NCBI GenBank assembly: GCA_946536315.1
Contig: CAMNEH010000001.1
Location: 592 to 64,591, forward strand
Length of the DNA: 64,000 bases
Direction: 5' to 3'
Origin: an uncultured Clostridia bacterium
GTDB taxonomy: Bacteria > Bacillota > Clostridia > Christensenellales > Aristaeellaceae
The notes under the pieces: model-generated
Told to the model about the DNA's origin: nothing
Database searches by the model: none
The model's input: only the letters and a program-made list of their open reading frames with translations
Translations under genes and position numbers: made by a program
Shown here: positions 1-8,737 of the stretch, piece by piece
Layout: the number at the start of each line of letters is the position of its first letter
Numbering within the stretch: position 1 is the stretch's first letter

Positions 1-308
1 TCGCGCTGTTTCCGCTGATGTACTGGGGGCTGGGGGTGTGGACCGTTTCGCGGATCCGCGGGCGGTTTACCCGGCTGCAGCGCGAGAAGGGCTACGGCCG
101 GATGCTGCGCAGCAGCCTGGGCTGTGTGATCTTCCTGGGCGTCGCCGCGCTGGCGGACCTGGTGCGCATGGTGACAGCGGGCGGGCCTGAGCAGGACCTG
201 CCCGGATGGCTGGCGCTGCTCGGCGCGTTTCTGGCCGCGCTGCTCGCGTTCAGCCGCCAGCGGCGGCTGGAGCGGCATATTGTGGAAACGGGCGGTGAAA
301 AGACGTGA
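1..308 (+). CDS. hypothetical membrane protein, 3' fragment (reading frame stays open to the window edge)
   Basis: Frame is open from base 3. Hydrophobic segments are present (VIFLGVAALADL, WLALLGAFLAALLAF). The stop overlaps the next gene's GTG start (GTGA at 305-308). Confidence 0.4.
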   Translation, partial: ALFPLMYWGLGVWTVSRIRGRFTRLQREKGYGRMLRSSLGCVIFLGVAALADLVRMVTAGGPEQDLPGWLALLGAFLAALLAFSRQRRLERHIVETGGEKT

Positions 309-823
309 AATGGTTGACCAGGGTGATGATCGGGCTGGCCGTCCTGCTGGTTGTTGCCGGCTGCTTCGGGATCTATTACGCGGTCCGCGCGCGGATGCAG
401 GCCTCGGAGTACCAGTTCCAGGTGGACGCGGTGCTCGCGGCCGCCACGGTCGCCAATGGCGGCGAACTGACCGGGGACCCGGACAAAGCGGTGATCGCCC
501 GGTATCAGGACCGCAGCGCCGCCGTCGCGCCGGGCAACTACCGCGCGCTGTCCTATTACCTGCGCATGGACGCGATGATGCCGCCCTGGGGCAGGGTGAA
601 CGAGGACCAATGCCTGACCGTCACGGTCTGCGGGGAGGCGGTCTTTTCGGTCATGCCGCTGAATGAAAGCGGGGACAGCGTCCTCATCCGGCTGACCACG
701 CAGGGCCAAACCTTCCTGATGCGCGCCAGGGGCGGCAACCTGTGGCAAAACCTGCTCGAATGCGCTCTGAACGGCACCTATCATGACCAGAACCTGATCC
801 TGAGCGGGGAGGAGCTATCGTAG
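305..823 (+). CDS. hypothetical membrane-anchored protein
   Basis: 172-aa ORF with an N-terminal signal-anchor (MKWLTRVMIGLAVLLVVAGCFG). It is translationally coupled to the upstream ORF. I recognised no family motif. Confidence 0.5.
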   Translation: MKWLTRVMIGLAVLLVVAGCFGIYYAVRARMQASEYQFQVDAVLAAATVANGGELTGDPDKAVIARYQDRSAAVAPGNYRALSYYLRMDAMMPPWGRVNEDQCLTVTVCGEAVFSVMPLNESGDSVLIRLTTQGQTFLMRARGGNLWQNLLECALNGTYHDQNLILSGEELS

Positions 824-881
824 TTCCTCCCCCTTTTGATATGCCTTCAGGCGAAATTGGCGCATCGTCCTCAGACCGCCC

Positions 882-3389
882 TCACAAAAAACTTCCGGTC
901 ACGCTCTTGGGGCTTTGGGCGACCGCTTCAGGCGTGCCGGAGGCGACGATGCGCCCGCCGTCCTTACCGCCGCCGGGCCCCATGTCGACGATGTAGTCCG
1001 CGCTGCGGATGACGTCCAGATCGTGCTCGATCACGATCACGGTCGCGCCGAGGTCGATCAGCCGCTGAAACACCGCGAGCAGCGTGCGCACGTCCAGGGG
1101 ATGCAGGCCGATGGTCGGTTCGTCGAACACAAAAACGGCGTCGGACTGTCCGCGGCCCATCTCGCTGGCGAGCTTCAGCCGCTGCGCCTCGCCGCCGGAC
1201 AGGCTGGGCGTTTCCTCGCCCAGGGTCAGGTAGCCCAGCCCCAGGTCGTGCAGCACCTGCAGCCGGCTGCGTACCGTGCTCAGGTCCGCGCACTCCCTGA
1301 GCGCCTCGTCCACGCTGAGCGCCATCAGCTCCGGCAGGGAGCGGCCCTCACCGCTCTTTTTGCTGCGGGGAATGGCGTAGGCCGCGCGCGCGTAGCGCGA
1401 GCCGTGGCAGTCCGGGCAGGGGATGTCCACGTCGGGCAGGAACTGCACGTCCAGACTGATGGTGCCGGTGCCGTCGCAGGTCGGGCAGCGCAGAGCGCCG
1501 GTGTTGTAGGAAAAATCGCCCGCCTTGACGCCCTGCTCACGCGCGGCGCGGCTGCGGGCGTACACCTTGCGCAGCTCGTCGTGCACGTTGGCGTAGGTGG
1601 CGACGGTCGAACGGACGTTGATACCGATGGGGGTCGCGTCGATCAGCTTGACCTGACGGATGCCGTCGGCGTCCACGCTGCGCACGTGGTCGGGCAGCGG
1701 ACGCCGGGCCAGTTGCGCTTCCAGCGCGGGCAGCAGGCTTTCCAGGATCATGGTCGTCTTGCCGGAGCCGGATACGCCGGTGACCACGGACAGCCTGCCC
1801 CTGGGAAAGCGCACGCTGAGCGGACGCACCGTGTGGATCGCGTCCGTCTCCAGCCGAAGCTCGCCGAGCGCGAACAGCTCGCCCTCCGGCGTGCGTGGGC
1901 GCAGCGCCGTCCGTGCGTCGGGGCGCAGGAAGGGCCCGATCATGGACGCGGGGTGATGCGCGAGCGCGTCGGGCGCGCCCTCCGCGATGACGTTGCCGCC
2001 GCCGGCGCCGGCTTCCGGACCGAGCTCGATCAGCCAGTCCGCGTGGCGCAGCACCTGTGTGTCGTGATCCACGAGGACAATGGAATTGCCGTCGGCGACC
2101 AGGTCGTCCATCACGCCGGTCAGTCCCTCCAGATTGGACGGGTGCAGGCCGATGGACGGCTCGTCCAGCACGTAGAGGACGCCGGTGGTGCGGTTGCGCA
2201 CGGCGCGCGCGAGCTGTGTGCGCTGGCGCTCGCCCGTGGAGAGCGTGGACGCCGCGCGGTCCAGCGACAGGTAGGACAGCCCCAGGTCCACCAGGCGCCT
2301 GGCGGTGTGGTGGAAGGCCTCGCAGATGCTGACGGCCATCGGCCGCATTTCCCCGGGCAGCGAGGCGGGCACGCCGTCGACCCAGTGGATGAGCTCCGAC
2401 AGGGGCAGGGCGCAGACCTGGTCCAGCGATACACCGCGCAGGCGCAGCGAACGCGCGCGCGGGGACAGCCGGGTGCCGCCGCAGGCGGGGCAGGGGGCCT
2501 GCTTCAGGAACTTCTCCACCCGCTTCATGCCCTTTTCGTCCTTGACCTTGGACAGCGCGTTTTCCACGGTATACCGGGCGCTGTAGTAGGTAAAATCCAT
2601 TTCCGCGGCGACGTTGGTCTTCTCGTTGGTGTAGATGAAATGCCGCTTCTCGGCGGGGCCGTGCAGCACGATCTCGCGCTCGCGCGGCGTCAGCTCGGAA
2701 AACGGGACGTCGGTGCGGACGCCCATCTGGCGGACGATGTCCTTCATCAGCGACCACATCAGCGACTGCCACGGCGCGACCGCCCCCTGGTCGATGGACA
2801 GGGATTCGTCCGGCACGAGGGTCGATTCGTCCACGGTGCGCACGACGCCGGTCCCGTCGCAGTCGGGGCAGGCGCCGGCGCTGTTGAACGCGAGCTCCTC
2901 CGCGCCGATCGGCTGAACGACGACGCCGCAGACGGGGCAGCGGCATTCCTTCTCCGCCGCGAAGTCCATCGTGGGCGGCACCTCGTGCCCGTTGTCGCAG
3001 CGGTAGCAGGACAGGCGGGAAAACATCAGCCGCAGGCTGTTGAGCAGCTCGGTGGAGGTGCCGAAGGTGCTGCGGATGCCCGGTACGCCGGGCCGCTGGC
3101 GCAGCGCGAGCGCGGCGGGCACGTAGCGCACATCGTCCACCTCCGCGCGCGCGGCCTGGGTCATGCGCCGGCGCGTATAGGTGGAAAGGGATTCCAGGTA
3201 CCGCCGGGAGCCTTCCGCGTACAGGACGCCCAGCGCCAGGGACGATTTGCCGGAGCCGGAGACCCCGGCGACGCCGACGATGCGGTTCAGCGGGACGTCG
3301 ACGTCGACTGCCTTCAGGTTATGTACGCGCGCGCCGCGGATTTCGATGTGGTCGGGCGTGGAACGGGTGGTCAGGGGTTCGTTGTGCAT
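882..3389 (-). CDS. UvrA-like ABC ATPase, class II type lacking the UvrB-binding domain
   Basis: 835 aa. N-terminus reads HIEIRGARVHNLK...GVSGSGKSSLA. A second Walker A is GVSGSGKTT. Two signature motifs are present (LSTGERQR, LSGGEAQR), plus Cys-rich zinc modules. Only about 45 aa separate CYRC from ACPDCDGTG, where canonical UvrA carries a roughly 150-aa insertion. Confidence 0.85.
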   Translation of the reverse strand: MHNEPLTTRSTPDHIEIRGARVHNLKAVDVDVPLNRIVGVAGVSGSGKSSLALGVLYAEGSRRYLESLSTYTRRRMTQAARAEVDDVRYVPAALALRQRPGVPGIRSTFGTSTELLNSLRLMFSRLSCYRCDNGHEVPPTMDFAAEKECRCPVCGVVVQPIGAEELAFNSAGACPDCDGTGVVRTVDESTLVPDESLSIDQGAVAPWQSLMWSLMKDIVRQMGVRTDVPFSELTPREREIVLHGPAEKRHFIYTNEKTNVAAEMDFTYYSARYTVENALSKVKDEKGMKRVEKFLKQAPCPACGGTRLSPRARSLRLRGVSLDQVCALPLSELIHWVDGVPASLPGEMRPMAVSICEAFHHTARRLVDLGLSYLSLDRAASTLSTGERQRTQLARAVRNRTTGVLYVLDEPSIGLHPSNLEGLTGVMDDLVADGNSIVLVDHDTQVLRHADWLIELGPEAGAGGGNVIAEGAPDALAHHPASMIGPFLRPDARTALRPRTPEGELFALGELRLETDAIHTVRPLSVRFPRGRLSVVTGVSGSGKTTMILESLLPALEAQLARRPLPDHVRSVDADGIRQVKLIDATPIGINVRSTVATYANVHDELRKVYARSRAAREQGVKAGDFSYNTGALRCPTCDGTGTISLDVQFLPDVDIPCPDCHGSRYARAAYAIPRSKKSGEGRSLPELMALSVDEALRECADLSTVRSRLQVLHDLGLGYLTLGEETPSLSGGEAQRLKLASEMGRGQSDAVFVFDEPTIGLHPLDVRTLLAVFQRLIDLGATVIVIEHDLDVIRSADYIVDMGPGGGKDGGRIVASGTPEAVAQSPKSVTGSFL

Positions 3390-3421
3390 AGCGTATGGTG
3401 CGGCGCCAGAGCGCCATCTCC

Positions 3422-4531
3422 TTATTCTTTGATCAGCGGCATGAGCGGGTTGCCGCTTTCGTCCGATATATGGATGTCCGAGTTGTTGCGCTTGGCGGTG
3501 ATCCAGAGGGGATCGCCGGGGGTCAGCTGCCGCCAGTCGCTTTCAGCCATCCGGTAGGTAGTGACGCTGTTGTCGCGGGTATTGGTGACGCGGATGCGGT
3601 AGGCTTCCGCGCGGTCGCCCTCGCGCTCGTCATTGGCCAGCTGCGGATCTGGCCAGTAGGGCTGCTGGTCCGTCCCGGACGCGGACGCGGTGCGCGTGGG
3701 CGTCCAGCGCATGATGTCGTAATCGTATCTGGTCTGGTATCTGGCGACCTGCTTGTATACCGGCCGCCGCTCTGTATCGGTATAGTATTCCGTTTTGTAA
3801 ACCGGATTCTCGTGCGGCACCTGCTCAAACAGGCCGTTGCCCAGGTCGTTGTAGGTGTAGGTGGTTTCGTAATGATCGATCACGCGCCGCGAGCGCTGGA
3901 CCTCAACGTTCTCATAGTGGTCCACGACGTTGTCGTAATGGTGGACCTCGCTGCGCTGACCGGTGATGGTGCCGCCGGCGGGCACGGACCAGCCGGATTC
4001 ATGATACAGGATGTGCTGCTCCACCTGGATATGGCGTTCCCAACTGACGCCGCTCAGCAGGTAGTCCCCGCTGGTCGTGTTCCCGTTCAGGTAGGTGAAG
4101 AGCCCGACGATGGCGAGCGCCAGCACGGCCAGGATCAGGAGGAACGATTTGGAGGAGCGCCTGCCCGTGGCCGGGGTCGCCGTGGCCCTGGCCGCGTCGA
4201 GCTTGGCGCGCATCTGGAAATAGTTGGCCTCCGAGTCCGAGCGCGAAGCCCCGCAGCTGCGGCAGGTGTCCGCGTTGTCGCTGTTCAGCGTCTCGCAGAA
4301 GGAGCAGTACCAGTCCGGATTCCGGTTGACGTGGCGCGCGGTTTCCTCGTCGATGTACTCGATATCGGCGGTGTCATCCGCCCGGCGCGCCTGGTTCTGC
4401 GCCTGTCCCTTCATGTAAAACCGGACCTGTCCGCGCGGGCGTCCGCACGAGGGACAGACGGCCTGATCGCCGCGCACTCCCTTGGTGTCACAGTAGGGGC
4501 AGTCCCAATATCCCATGACGATCTTACTCAT
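3422..4531 (-). CDS. double zinc-ribbon membrane protein (hypothetical)
   Basis: 369 aa. Two CxxC...CxxC ribbons (CPYCDT..CPSCG and CSFCET..CRSCG) precede one TM helix (FLLILAVLALAIVGLF). The C-terminal domain of about 220 aa is rich in Y, H, D and T. Confidence 0.6.
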   Translation of the reverse strand: MSKIVMGYWDCPYCDTKGVRGDQAVCPSCGRPRGQVRFYMKGQAQNQARRADDTADIEYIDEETARHVNRNPDWYCSFCETLNSDNADTCRSCGASRSDSEANYFQMRAKLDAARATATPATGRRSSKSFLLILAVLALAIVGLFTYLNGNTTSGDYLLSGVSWERHIQVEQHILYHESGWSVPAGGTITGQRSEVHHYDNVVDHYENVEVQRSRRVIDHYETTYTYNDLGNGLFEQVPHENPVYKTEYYTDTERRPVYKQVARYQTRYDYDIMRWTPTRTASASGTDQQPYWPDPQLANDEREGDRAEAYRIRVTNTRDNSVTTYRMAESDWRQLTPGDPLWITAKRNNSDIHISDESGNPLMPLIKE

Positions 4532-4712
4532 AGGCTGATGTCCTTTCTCACGCTTGTCGGCTGACGTTTCTGCGGCACCATTGTAGCAGAACCGGCGGCA
4601 AAAGGCAACAGATTTCCCGGCGATGGGCGGCCAGAGCGTCCCGCTGGACGGCCTGCCGGAAAAAGTGGGAAAAGCCCGAAATCCGGACGTGAAAAAAAAG
4701 TTTCACCGGCCC

Positions 4713-4740
4713 TTGACATCCGGGCAAAAAAGAGTATAAT
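4713..4740 (+). promoter_or_regulatory. SigA-type promoter of clpB
   Basis: TTGACA (4713-4718), 16-nt spacer, TATAAT (4735-4740), about 70 nt upstream of the clpB ATG. Confidence 0.75.
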
Positions 4741-4748
4741 GCTATACG

Positions 4749-4805
4749 AAGGTCAAAGAAAGTCAGGAGTGTTGACCTTCCAATCTTGACGAAAGGCAGG
4801 TCAAC
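4749..4805 (+). promoter_or_regulatory. CtsR-like operator / GTCAA half-site cluster
   Basis: GGTCAAAgaaAGTCAGG (4751-4767) resembles the CtsR direct repeat (A/G)GTCAAA-NAN-(A/G)GTCAAA. AAGGTCAA (4749-4756) and TTGACCTT (4772-4779) form a perfect 8-bp inverted repeat. A further TTGAC lies at 4786-4790 and a GGTCAAC at 4799-4805. Confidence 0.45.
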
Positions 4806-4808
4806 CCT

Positions 4809-7430
4809 ATGGCAGATAATAAATATACACAGAAGAGCATGGAAGCCATCAACGGCGCGCAGGCGCTGGCGACGGAGTACAGCCATCAGCAGCTGGAGCA
4901 GGCGCATCTGCTGTCCGCCCTCCTGCAGGACGACAACGCCCTGATCCCGCAGCTGCTCAAGAAAATGGGCAAGGATGTCCCTCAGATCACGGCGCAGGTG
5001 AAGGAGCTGGTGGAAAAGTGCCCGCGCGTGAGCGGGGCGGCGCGTGAGCAGGGAAAAATCTATATCTCCCAGGACCTGGACCGCGCGATCAACGCGGCCG
5101 CGCAGATCAGCCAGCGCATGAAGGACGAATACATCTCGGTGGAGCACCTCTTCCTGGCGCTGCTGGAAAACCCGGACCGCGACCTGGCGAAGCTGTTCAA
5201 GAGCCACGATATCCGCAAGGAGGGCTTTTTGCAGGTGCTGTCCACGGTGCGCGGCGCGGCGCAGGTGACCAGCGACAATCCGGAGGACACCTACAACGCC
5301 CTGCAGAAGTACGGCACCGACCTGGTGGAGCGCGCGCGGCAGAACAAGCTGGACCCGGTGATCGGCCGTGACAAGGAGATCCGCGACGTCATCCGCATCC
5401 TCTCCAGAAAAACCAAGAACAACCCGGTGCTGATCGGCGAGCCCGGCGTCGGCAAGACCGCCATCGCCGAGGGCCTGGCGCTCAGGATCGTTCGCGGCGA
5501 CGTGCCGGATACGCTGAAGGACCGCACGATCTTTTCGCTGGACATGGGCGCGCTGATCGCCGGCGCCAAGTTCCGCGGCGAGTTTGAGGAGCGCCTCAAG
5601 GCGGTGCTCAACGAGATCAGGAAGTCCGAGGGCCGCATCATCCTGTTCATCGACGAGCTGCACCTGATCGTGGGCGCGGGCAAAACGGAAGGCTCGATGG
5701 ACGCGGGCAACCTGCTCAAGCCGATGCTGGCCCGCGGCGAGCTGCACTGCATCGGCGCGACCACGCTGGACGAGTACCGCAAGTATGTGGAGAAGGACGC
5801 CGCTTTGGAGCGCCGCTTCCAGCCCGTGATGGTGAATGAGCCCACGGTGGAGGATACCATCTCCATCCTGCGCGGACTCAAGGAGCGCTACGAGGTGTTC
5901 CATGGCGTCAAAATCCAGGACGCGGCGCTGATCGCCGCAGCGACGCTGTCGAACCGCTATATTCAGGACCGCTTCCTGCCGGACAAGGCGATCGACCTGG
6001 TGGACGAGGCCTGCGCGATGATCCGGACCGAAATGGATTCCATGCCGGCCGAGCTGGATGAGGTCCGCCGCAAGATCATGCAGCTGGAAATCGAGGAGGC
6101 CGCCCTGCAGAAGGAGACCGACACCATGAGCGCGGAGCGCCTGCAGCGCCTGCGCAAGGAGCTGTCGGAGGAGCGGGAAAGCTATCAGGCAATGAAATCC
6201 CGCTGGGAAAACGAAAAGGCGGATATCGGCAAGGTGCAGCGCCTGCGTGAGGAGATCGAAAAGACGAACGCCGATATCGCGCAGGCCGAGCGCAAGTATG
6301 ACCTGAACAGGGCCGCCGAACTGAAGTACGGCACGCTGCCGCGCCTGCAGGAGGAGCTGCGTCAGGCCGAGCAGACCGAAAAGCCGGATAACGTGCTCCT
6401 GCGCGACAAGGTGACGGAGGAGGAAATCGCCCGGATCGTCGCGCGCTGGACGGGCATTCCCGTCAGCAAACTGATGGAGACCGAGCGCGAAAAGCTGCTG
6501 CGCCTGCCGGAGGAGCTGCACCGGCGCGTCATCGGGCAGGACGAGGCGGTGCAGGCCGTCGCGGACGCCATCCTGCGTTCCCGCGCCGGCATCGCGGACG
6601 AAAACCGCCCGATCGGCTCTTTCCTGTTCCTCGGCCCGACCGGCGTGGGCAAGACCGAGCTGGCGAAGACGCTGGCGCAGGCCCTGTTCGATGATGAGAA
6701 GAGTCTGATCAGGATCGACATGTCGGAGTATATGGAAAAGTTCTCCGTCACCCGCCTGATCGGAGCGCCTCCGGGATACGTGGGCTACGACGAGGGCGGT
6801 CAGCTGACCGAGGCCGTGCGCCGCAAGCCGTACGCGGTCGTCCTGTTCGACGAAATGGAAAAGGCGCATCCGGACGTATTCAACGTGCTGCTGCAGATCC
6901 TGGATGACGGCCGCCTGACCGACGGCCAGGGCAGGGTGGTGGACTTCAAAAACACGATCCTGATCATGACCAGCAACCTGGGCTCTCAGCAGATCCTGGA
7001 AGGCATCGATGACAGCGGAGCGCTGAGCGACACTGCGCGCGAGCAGGTGATGAGGCTGTTGAAGACGTCTTTCCGTCCTGAGTTCCTGAACCGCATTGAC
7101 GATACGGTCATCTTCACCTCGCTGACCAAGGGCCAGGTGGAGCAGATCGTGGAGCTGCTGCTCAACCGTCTGCGTTCGCGTCTGGCCGCGCAGCAGCTGA
7201 ACCTGGAACTGACCCAGGCCGCCAAGGACAAGCTGCTGGACCTGGGCTATGACCCGGTCTATGGCGCGCGCCCGATGAAGCGCGTGCTGCAGGCGAAGAT
7301 CGAGACGCTGGTCGCGCGGAAGCTGATCGAAGGCGCGGCCCTCCCCGGCAGCACGCTGGTGGCGGACGCCGCGGACAACGAGGACGGATTCGTGATCTCG
7401 GTGGTCGAGGAAAAGCCGAAGCTCGACTGA
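4809..7430 (+). CDS. clpB: ATP-dependent chaperone ClpB
   Basis: 873 aa. Has a Clp N-domain, two AAA+ modules ([20 protein letters not shown]), a long coiled-coil middle domain between them, and GARPMKR near the C-terminus. Confidence 0.95.
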   Translation: MADNKYTQKSMEAINGAQALATEYSHQQLEQAHLLSALLQDDNALIPQLLKKMGKDVPQITAQVKELVEKCPRVSGAAREQGKIYISQDLDRAINAAAQISQRMKDEYISVEHLFLALLENPDRDLAKLFKSHDIRKEGFLQVLSTVRGAAQVTSDNPEDTYNALQKYGTDLVERARQNKLDPVIGRDKEIRDVIRILSRKTKNNPVLIGEPGVGKTAIAEGLALRIVRGDVPDTLKDRTIFSLDMGALIAGAKFRGEFEERLKAVLNEIRKSEGRIILFIDELHLIVGAGKTEGSMDAGNLLKPMLARGELHCIGATTLDEYRKYVEKDAALERRFQPVMVNEPTVEDTISILRGLKERYEVFHGVKIQDAALIAAATLSNRYIQDRFLPDKAIDLVDEACAMIRTEMDSMPAELDEVRRKIMQLEIEEAALQKETDTMSAERLQRLRKELSEERESYQAMKSRWENEKADIGKVQRLREEIEKTNADIAQAERKYDLNRAAELKYGTLPRLQEELRQAEQTEKPDNVLLRDKVTEEEIARIVARWTGIPVSKLMETEREKLLRLPEELHRRVIGQDEAVQAVADAILRSRAGIADENRPIGSFLFLGPTGVGKTELAKTLAQALFDDEKSLIRIDMSEYMEKFSVTRLIGAPPGYVGYDEGGQLTEAVRRKPYAVVLFDEMEKAHPDVFNVLLQILDDGRLTDGQGRVVDFKNTILIMTSNLGSQQILEGIDDSGALSDTAREQVMRLLKTSFRPEFLNRIDDTVIFTSLTKGQVEQIVELLLNRLRSRLAAQQLNLELTQAAKDKLLDLGYDPVYGARPMKRVLQAKIETLVARKLIEGAALPGSTLVADAADNEDGFVISVVEEKPKLD

Positions 7431-7466
7431 CGGAATACCCTCACCGGAAACGGTGAGGGTATTCCG
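7431..7466 (+). terminator. perfect 16-bp hairpin after clpB
   Basis: CGGAATACCCTCACCG-GAAA-CGGTGAGGGTATTCCG sits immediately after the stop. No U-tract follows, so it may act as a terminator or a stabiliser. Confidence 0.55.
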
Positions 7467-7486
7467 CGTCACAAACAGATGAAAGG

Positions 7487-8569
7487 ATGCGCATGAACGA
7501 TTTGGAAATCCGACGGACCCTGGCCGAAGGGCTGCGCGCGCAGCGGGAACGGTATCCGGCCATGGAGGACGGCGACGCGGTCAAGTATGTGTTCCAGGCG
7601 ATGCTCGGCGTGGGGCATCTGCTGGGAGAACGCGATACGGTGGCGGCGCGCGCGGCCGATGAGATGGCCGGGCTCAGCCCGGATCCTGCCGAGCCGCTGA
7701 CGGAGCCGGTGGGTCCGGCCTGGGCCAGGCTGAACCTGCGCCGCGCGAAGGCGGAGGGACTCACGCCGCAGGCGGTCGCCGGGCTGATGCTGAGTTCAGG
7801 CGCGGCGCTGGCATACACGCGGCAGCAGGTGGCCGACGCCTGCGCGGGGCTGGGGATCGCCCCGGAAGCGCTTTCCAATGTGCTGGACGAACGGTGGCTG
7901 CCGTCGCATTCGCCGGCCTACCGCGCACAGTACGCGCCCGCTTACCGGCTGATCGCGGCGGACTGGACGCCGCTGCTCAAGGCCGTGGCGGCCATTTCGC
8001 GAAGGCAGGCGGACGCGCAGCGCGTGCTGGTGACGCTGGACGGCCCCTGCGCGACCGGCAAAACCACGCTGGCCGCGCGGCTGGCGGAGGTGTTCCGCGC
8101 CGGGGTCCTGCATACGGACGATTTCGTGATTCCGCACGCGCAAAAAACGCCGGAGCGGCTGGCGATCCCGGGCGGAAACTGCGACGCGGAGCGGCTGGCG
8201 CAGGAAGCGGTCGCGCCGTGGAAGCGCGGCGGGAGCGCCCGGTTCCGCCGCTATGACTGGACGCTGCGCGCGCTTCTGCCGGCCGAGGTCCTGCCGCCGT
8301 GTGACACGCTGATCCTGGAGGGCAGCTACTGCAACCTGCCGGCGCTCAGGGCATACGCGGACGTCAGGCTGTTCCTGACGGCGCCGTGGCCGCTGCGCGA
8401 GGCGCGGCTGCGCCGCCGCGAAAGCCCGGCGTCCTTCCGCCGCTTCCTGGACCTGTGGATCCCGCTGGAGGACGCCTATTTTGACGCGTACCGCCTCCCG
8501 GACGAGGGCTGCGTGGTGATCGGCGCGGAACCCGGCGGGCCTGACGGAAACGTAGAGCGGGTCCCCTGA
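7487..8569 (+). CDS. P-loop kinase (uridine-kinase-like C-terminal half) fused to an unassigned N-terminal domain
   Basis: 360 aa. Walker A reads LDGPCATGKTTLA, followed by HTDDF. The N-terminal ~170 aa show no motif I recognise. Confidence 0.55.
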   Translation: MRMNDLEIRRTLAEGLRAQRERYPAMEDGDAVKYVFQAMLGVGHLLGERDTVAARAADEMAGLSPDPAEPLTEPVGPAWARLNLRRAKAEGLTPQAVAGLMLSSGAALAYTRQQVADACAGLGIAPEALSNVLDERWLPSHSPAYRAQYAPAYRLIAADWTPLLKAVAAISRRQADAQRVLVTLDGPCATGKTTLAARLAEVFRAGVLHTDDFVIPHAQKTPERLAIPGGNCDAERLAQEAVAPWKRGGSARFRRYDWTLRALLPAEVLPPCDTLILEGSYCNLPALRAYADVRLFLTAPWPLREARLRRRESPASFRRFLDLWIPLEDAYFDAYRLPDEGCVVIGAEPGGPDGNVERVP

Positions 8570-8624
8570 ACCGTGGCCGGTCTGGCAGAAGCGCGTCCTC
8601 CTTCGTATGCTGCCGCTGAAACCC

Positions 8625-8653
8625 TTGCCAAACTGTATGAAATCATGTAAAAT
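8625..8653 (+). promoter_or_regulatory. putative metG promoter
   Basis: TTGCCA (8625-8630), 17-nt spacer, TAAAAT (8648-8653). Two short GC hairpins lie in the ~85-nt leader. Confidence 0.5.
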
Positions 8654-8737
8654 ACAGGCAGAGGGGCGGCGGGATATCCGGCGCCGTCCCGGCGTGCGCG
8701 CGGGAAGCGCGCAAACACAGAAAGGACGCGATGTGCC

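Noticed and set aside
915-3557. 880-aa ORF antisense to the UvrA-like gene. Similar long antisense ORFs lie at 4548..7472, 7796..10882, 14390..16126, 17804..19975, 20306..25240, 26196..28544, 30406..31614 and 45642..47195.
   Set aside because: These are typical shadow ORFs of high-GC DNA. Their translations are Arg/Ala/Gly/Pro-rich low-complexity strings with no motifs, and each lies opposite a gene with clear family signatures.
4720-4808. CIRCE (HrcA) element upstream of clpB.
   Set aside because: No TTAGCACTC-N9-GAGTGCTAA-like inverted repeat is present. The repeats present are GTCAA-type (CtsR-like).
8570-8737. Possible T-box or other riboswitch leader upstream of metG.
   Set aside because: Only about 85 nt lie between the putative -10 and the ATG, too short for a T-box. 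I see no specifier-loop or T-box consensus and no terminator/antiterminator pair with a U-tract.
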